Shown in pieces: positions 59,253 through 64,000 of a DNA stretch of 64,000 nt. The DNA is taken from positions 47,605-111,604 of the forward strand of contig JACJWE010000001.1 of NCBI GenBank assembly GCA_020637365.1. The letters run 5' to 3'. The stretch comes from Acidimicrobiia bacterium (GTDB lineage Bacteria > Actinomycetota > Acidimicrobiia > IMCC26256 > JAGNEX01). The notes beneath the pieces are model-generated. The model did no database searches, was not told the origin of the DNA, and saw only the letters and a program-made list of their open reading frames with translations. Numbering within the stretch: the stretch's first letter is position 1; each line of letters begins with the position of its first letter. The translations under genes were made by a program, and so were the position numbers.

Positions 59253-59810
59253 GTGATTGACGAGGCGATGTTGGAAGCCGAAGATGCTATGGATTCGGCG
59301 TTGAACCACCTTCGTGACGAGTTCTCCCGAGTGCGCAGCGGTCGGGCTTCACCCGTCCTCGTCGAAAAAATCCCGGTTGACTACTACGGCTCAACGGTCC
59401 CGCTGCAACAGCTTGCTGGAGTCACCGCTCCAGAGGCCCGCGTGTTGCTCATCAACCCGTACGACAAGGGCGCACTGTCGGGGATCGAAAAGGCTATTCA
59501 AACCTCCGATCTGGGGGTGACCCCCTCCAATGACGGTGCGATCATCCGTTTGAATTTCCCTCCGTTGACCGAAGAACGGCGCAGAGACCTGGTCAAGGTC
59601 GTCAAGAAGAGCGCCGAGCAGGGCCGGGTTTCGGTGCGCAACGCTCGGCGCTCGGCTCGACACACGCTCGAATCGGCTCAGAAGGACGGCGACATTTCTG
59701 AGGACGATTTGGTGCGGGCCGAAAAGGATCTCGATGCCCTGACCGACCGCTACGTCAAAGAGGTCGACAGCATCTTGGAGCGCAAAGAAGCCGAGCTGCT
59801 CGAGGTGTAG
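59253..59810 (+). CDS. frr: Ribosome recycling factor
   Basis: LRDEFSRVRSGRASPVLVEKIPVDYYGS..PL.QLA.V..PE.R.LLINPYD...LNFPPLTEERRRDL. AGGGAG precedes GTG 59253. Confidence 0.93.
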   Translation: MIDEAMLEAEDAMDSALNHLRDEFSRVRSGRASPVLVEKIPVDYYGSTVPLQQLAGVTAPEARVLLINPYDKGALSGIEKAIQTSDLGVTPSNDGAIIRLNFPPLTEERRRDLVKVVKKSAEQGRVSVRNARRSARHTLESAQKDGDISEDDLVRAEKDLDALTDRYVKEVDSILERKEAELLEV

Positions 59811-59858
59811 GTAGTCCCACGGCCTTCACGGCCTCGCGGCAGTCGACATTCCACCATC

Positions 59859-61562
59859 ATGCCGTTGCCGAGGTCTAGCCTCGTGGACGGCGGGCAGCAA
59901 CAACGTTTGGAGGACCGGGTGCCCAATTCGCGTAACGACGATTTTGGCGCGGTCGACGACGATGGCGAACCATCGGATTGGGATCTGAGTTTTCGGATTG
60001 CTCCGACGAGAGACCCGTACTCACCGCCTGGCGACGACGCCGACTATGCCGGTTGGACCGCTGACCGCGACGCTGAGCAACGGTTGAGCGACGACGACTC
60101 GACCCGCGCTTTTGATGCGTATCATGACCAGCGGGACTCCGACTCCTCAGCCTGGTACGAACAGGACGAGGGGCAGGCCGCCGATTCCGCCGTCTACGGC
60201 GACCCAGAGGGGGCGGGGTTCTACGAAGGCGATTATCCAGACGATGGCGATGAGCGTTCACAGCGGGCGGGACGGTCAGGGTGGCGCAGCGATGAGTTTC
60301 CCGCTCCTGAAGATGGATCCGGCCGGTCGCTCCACGACACACACCCGCGTCGAGCAACCGATACCTGGGGAGGGTCAAGCGGCTACGCCGAGGATGACTA
60401 CCTCGATCGATCTCATACCGATCGCGGCTTGGAAGACCCGGAATATGGTGACCGCGGCTATGGCGACCGTGCCTCCGGCGCTCATGCAGATGCCGGATAC
60501 GCCGATGAGAGCTACGCCGGACGCGACGATGCTGAGGACCGATACCCGGTTGGAGATGCAGAGGCGGCACGCTCCCATGGACGAGCGCGTACGCCCCAGG
60601 GCCGCGACGCAAGCGCCCGTTCGACGCCCGGTCATAGCGATCGCTCCGGATGGTCAGAGGCCGCCCGCGAGCAGCAGCGCCCCACCACCGACCCGACGAA
60701 AAAACCGGCGAAAAAGCGTCCAGCAGGGTCTGGTCGTCAACGCCAGGGATCAGGCGGTCGTGACCTGGGCATGGCAGCACTGGTCGGCGCCGCACTACTG
60801 GTCTTAGGTTTGTTGGCGATGGAACTCGGTGCCGCTGCGACCACCGCGTTAATCATGGTCGTCGTCGGTCTCGGCAGTGCTGAGTTTTTCGCTGTCCTGC
60901 GCGAACGCGGCTACCGCCCAGCGACGTTGCTCGGCATCGCTGGATCGGTGGGTGTCGTGTTGGCCGCGTATCACCATGGCCCGCGCGCCATCGCGATGCT
61001 GACCGTGCTGATGACGTTTTTTAGTTTCGCCTGGTACCTGTTCAAGGTCGAGGAGGCTCCGCCACTCACCAACGTCGCGTTTACGATGCTCGGCTTCTTG
61101 ATGGTCGGCGTGTTCGGGTCCTACGGGGCCATGCTGGTCGTCTTACCCGACGGAATCGGCCGACTCGCTGGCACGGTCGCCTGTATCGTCGCCGCCGATG
61201 TTGGCGGCTACTTCGTCGGGCGCGCCATCGGGCGGGTGAAACTCGCGCCGGACGTGTCGCCGGGTAAGACCCTGGAAGGATTCCTCGGCGGTGTCGCAGC
61301 GTCGGTACTGGTTTCGGTGTTGCTGCTCGGGATGATCGCTCCGTGGGATGCCGATGTCATGGACCGCCTGCTCTTGGGGCTCGTTCTCGGCTGCATCGGC
61401 CCACTTGGCGACCTGTCCGCGTCGATGGTGAAACGAGAGCTTGGCGTCAAAGACTTCGGTTCTTTGTTGCCCGAGCACGGCGGCATCCTCGATCGTTTCG
61501 ATGCCATGCTGTTTGCACTGCCGGTGACGTACTACCTGTCGGTCGCGTTCATCCTGAACTAG
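59859..61562 (+). CDS. cdsA: Phosphatidate cytidylyltransferase with an acidic, disordered N-terminal extension of about 280 aa
   Basis: The C-terminal 280 aa is a typical CdsA membrane domain (VSPGKTLEGFLGG, GDLSASMVKRELGVKDFG.LLPEHGGILDRFD). The ORF is open in frame from ATG 59859, 48 nt after frr. Confidence 0.85.
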   Translation: MPLPRSSLVDGGQQQRLEDRVPNSRNDDFGAVDDDGEPSDWDLSFRIAPTRDPYSPPGDDADYAGWTADRDAEQRLSDDDSTRAFDAYHDQRDSDSSAWYEQDEGQAADSAVYGDPEGAGFYEGDYPDDGDERSQRAGRSGWRSDEFPAPEDGSGRSLHDTHPRRATDTWGGSSGYAEDDYLDRSHTDRGLEDPEYGDRGYGDRASGAHADAGYADESYAGRDDAEDRYPVGDAEAARSHGRARTPQGRDASARSTPGHSDRSGWSEAAREQQRPTTDPTKKPAKKRPAGSGRQRQGSGGRDLGMAALVGAALLVLGLLAMELGAAATTALIMVVVGLGSAEFFAVLRERGYRPATLLGIAGSVGVVLAAYHHGPRAIAMLTVLMTFFSFAWYLFKVEEAPPLTNVAFTMLGFLMVGVFGSYGAMLVVLPDGIGRLAGTVACIVAADVGGYFVGRAIGRVKLAPDVSPGKTLEGFLGGVAASVLVSVLLLGMIAPWDADVMDRLLLGLVLGCIGPLGDLSASMVKRELGVKDFGSLLPEHGGILDRFDAMLFALPVTYYLSVAFILN

Positions 61563-61805
61563 GTGTGACACCAGTCGCCTAGGTGGGTGGTGTTAAACGT
61601 CGCCTAGTGTTTCAACCGTGAATTTCGGTGGCCATGTGCACGGGCGGTGCCCGATCCGTGCTGCGCCCATCTCGTGGAATGCGGCCGGGGTCGAATCGCC
61701 GGCGGTAGTCGCCGGTTTGTTCGTCGACTCGCACCGAGGTCATCACGGCGCGGCTTTGAACGCGAATCGATCGGGTGATGGCCGGGTACGAGAGGACGAG
61801 TAGCT

Positions 61806-62951
61806 ATGGGTGAACACAGCGAGCGGGTCGGGGTCGCCGTCCTCGGAAGTACGGGATCGGTCGGGACCCAAGCGCTCAATGTCATCGACGCGCACCGTGA
61901 CCGCTTCCAGGTGGTGGCACTCGCTGCCGGAACCAACGGCGAACTCCTTCGCTCACAAGCCAGCGCCTTTGGTGTGTCCGATTCCCATGCTCGGGTCTGC
62001 GGCGACGACCCGGCGGCGCTCGGCGATCTGGCGTCGCTACCCGAAGCCGATGTCGTTATCAACGGAGTGGTCGGATTTGCAGGTCTGCCCGCAACGCTCG
62101 AAGCACTTCGTTCCGGCAAGCGGTTGGGACTCGCCAACAAGGAGAGCTTGATCGCAGCGGGTCCTGTGGTCAACGAGGCGCGCTCTTCAGGGGGTGGCGT
62201 GATCATCCCGGTCGATTCCGAGCACAGCGCCATCTTCCAGGCGCTGAGCGCTGGCCACGACACCGAACTGCGCCGAATCTTGTTGACGGCGAGCGGGGGA
62301 CCATTTCGGGGACAGTCCTCTGACGAACTCGCCCAGGTATCGCGACAAGATGCGCTTGCGCATCCCACCTGGTCGATGGGTCCCAAGATCACGGTGGACA
62401 GTTCGACGCTCATGAACAAGGGCCTCGAGGTCATCGAAGCCTGTGAGCTGTTTCAGGTATCGCCCGACCGGGTCGAGGTGGTTGTGCATCCTCAGTCGAT
62501 CATTCACTCGATGGTCGAGTTCGTCGACGGTACGACGATCGCTCAGCTCTCGCGTCCGGATATGCGCCTGCCGATCGCGTACGCGCTGTCATATCCTCAC
62601 CGACTCGACGAGGCTCGTGGGGAACCCGCCCCACCGGCGGCAATCGATTGGCGACAGCTTGGGTCATTGTCGTTTGAGCCGCCCGATTTTGAAACGTTTC
62701 CGTGTTTGGCACTCGCGTTTGACGCTGCTCGCAGGGGCGGCACTGCACCCGCGGTTTTGAGCGCCGCAAATGAGATATCGGTCGAGGCATTTCTTGAAGA
62801 CCGGCTCGCTTGGAGCGACATCGCTCGTGTCAACGCTTCTGTCCTCGACGACATTTCGTGGGCTCCGGCCGATAGCCTTGAAGCAGTACTCGTCGCGGAC
62901 GGCGAAGCGCGGGCTATTGCCCGCGGCTATGTGACTCGGTCCGGGCGTTAG
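61806..62951 (+). CDS. dxr: 1-deoxy-D-xylulose 5-phosphate reductoisomerase
   Basis: VAVLGSTGSVGTQAL, LANKESL, PVDSEHSAIFQ, LTASGGPFR, HPTWSMGPKITVDS. Confidence 0.93.
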   Translation: MGEHSERVGVAVLGSTGSVGTQALNVIDAHRDRFQVVALAAGTNGELLRSQASAFGVSDSHARVCGDDPAALGDLASLPEADVVINGVVGFAGLPATLEALRSGKRLGLANKESLIAAGPVVNEARSSGGGVIIPVDSEHSAIFQALSAGHDTELRRILLTASGGPFRGQSSDELAQVSRQDALAHPTWSMGPKITVDSSTLMNKGLEVIEACELFQVSPDRVEVVVHPQSIIHSMVEFVDGTTIAQLSRPDMRLPIAYALSYPHRLDEARGEPAPPAAIDWRQLGSLSFEPPDFETFPCLALAFDAARRGGTAPAVLSAANEISVEAFLEDRLAWSDIARVNASVLDDISWAPADSLEAVLVADGEARAIARGYVTRSGR

Positions 62952-62970
62952 AGCTTCTGCGAGGTTTGTT

Positions 62971-64000
62971 GTGCAGTATGTGCTGGCGGTGACCCTGTTC
63001 TTTGGGGTCATGATCTTCCTTCACGAACTCGGGCATTACGTCACCGCCCGGGCGACGGGAATGAAGGTCAGTGAATTTTTCGTTGGCTTTGGCCCTAGGT
63101 TGTGGTCCTTCCGACGAGGCGAAACCGAATACGGCATCAAGTGGTTTCCGGTCGGTGGTTATGTCCGCATTCTCGGCATGACCACATTGGATGAGGTTGA
63201 CCCATCCGAAGAAGATCGGACCTATCGCTCGAAGTCCCTCGGTGCCAAGGTGCTGGTGATCACCGCTGGATCGATGGTCCACTTCACCTTGGCGTTCATC
63301 GCAGCGTTCTTGTTGCTGTTCTCCGCTGGTCGTGTGACCGGCGTCATACCGGTACCAGCACAGATCGTGGAGGGTTCCGCCGCCCAAGCAGCGGGGCTGC
63401 AGGTCGGGGACGAAATCGTCGCGATCGATGGCAATCCGGTCACCGAATGGAGCGATGTCACCGATGTGGTGAAGGCCTCCGTCGATGAACCGGTCGATCT
63501 CGAGGTGGACCGGGATGGGCAACTGATCGATCTCACCGCGGTACCGACCCCCCACGTCGATGATCCCAGCACGGGTTTTCTCGGCGTCGCTCCCACCCTC
63601 GAAAAGGAGGATCTCGGCGTCATTTCATCGTTTGGTGAAGCGATCCGCCTGGTTCCGCGCTCGATGGGTGAGGCGGTGACGTCAATCACCGATATCTTCT
63701 CGCCGCGCGGCTTGTGGCGGCAGGCATCCCTGACCGCCGACGCCGTTTCCGGTAGCGCCGAGGTGGACGATCCCGCCAATACCCAGCGTCCGATCTCGCC
63801 GGTTGGGGTGGCCCGAGTCGGCGCGCAGGCGATCGATTCAGGTTGGCAAGACCTGCTGGCCCTGTGGTTTGGGTTCAACATTTTCGTCGGTGTCTTCAAC
63901 CTCGTCCCACTGCTGCCATTCGACGGAGGCCACCTGGCCATTGCGCTGTACGAAGCGGTGGCTTCGAAGCTTCGTGGTCGCAAGGTGACGGTCGATATCG
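62971..64000 (+). CDS. RIP metalloprotease (M50, RseP/Rip1-like), 3' end outside the window
   Basis: Not in the ORF track because it has no stop in the window. GTG 62971 gives VQYVLAVTLFFGVMIFLHELGHYVTA (HEXXH), a PDZ segment GSAAQAAGLQVGDEIVAIDG, and NLVPLLPFDGGH near the window end. The frame is open throughout. Confidence 0.88.
   Translation, partial: MQYVLAVTLFFGVMIFLHELGHYVTARATGMKVSEFFVGFGPRLWSFRRGETEYGIKWFPVGGYVRILGMTTLDEVDPSEEDRTYRSKSLGAKVLVITAGSMVHFTLAFIAAFLLLFSAGRVTGVIPVPAQIVEGSAAQAAGLQVGDEIVAIDGNPVTEWSDVTDVVKASVDEPVDLEVDRDGQLIDLTAVPTPHVDDPSTGFLGVAPTLEKEDLGVISSFGEAIRLVPRSMGEAVTSITDIFSPRGLWRQASLTADAVSGSAEVDDPANTQRPISPVGVARVGAQAIDSGWQDLLALWFGFNIFVGVFNLVPLLPFDGGHLAIALYEAVASKLRGRKVTVDI

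Noticed and set aside
61618-61803. 61-aa ORF between cdsA and dxr.
   Set aside because: It has no RBS, no family resemblance, and lies in a spacer. It is too weak to call.

Overview
High-GC actinobacterial chromosome segment with about 60 genes, almost all core housekeeping. From gene 35006..35683 onward the gene order is collinear, from memory, with the conserved Mycobacterium tuberculosis Rv2927c-to-Rv2869c block: SepIVA-like, yceD, rpmF, rnc, mutM, smc, ftsY, ffh, rpsP, KH, rimM, trmD, rplS, lepB, DUF2469, yraN, comM/dprA, xerC, whiG, M23 peptidase, rpsB, tsf, pyrH, frr, cdsA, dxr, rseP. The first half carries metabolic and repair genes: gltB, H+-pyrophosphatase, a UvrD2-like helicase, def, menB, galT-galK, metF, an acyl-CoA ligase, ddl, ugd, pckA, rpmB, recG, gpx, rsmD and coaD. 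I found no rRNA, tRNA, CRISPR array, prophage, biosynthetic cluster or recognisable defence island, and no convincing novel multi-gene system. This is an ordinary core region with a few oddities. (1) About 20 single-base indels, most of them resolvable to short homopolymer runs, break eight well-conserved genes. They cluster in hot spots (hppA, ugd, lepB), while gltB, recG, pckA, ftsY and ffh show no stop-generating frameshift. Essential genes are hit, so an assembly or base-calling artefact is more likely than real decay. (2) Two non-coding gaps of about 0.87 kb stand out. One follows gltB, where gltD would be expected. The other lies between convergent ugd and pckA and contains two perfect hairpins and what looks like a decayed IS630-like transposase C-terminus. 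(3) Short tandem repeats (7, 8, 12, 13, 15 and 24 bp) and CTAG-rich modules sit at or just after stop codons, several giving stops in all three frames. One adds an RTEQG x5 tail to GalT. (4) A 19-mer is shared downstream of yceD and cdsA. (5) comM-dprA is inverted relative to the conserved synteny, and rnhB is absent from its usual slot. All calls come from reading the translations and sequence by eye. No database search was run.
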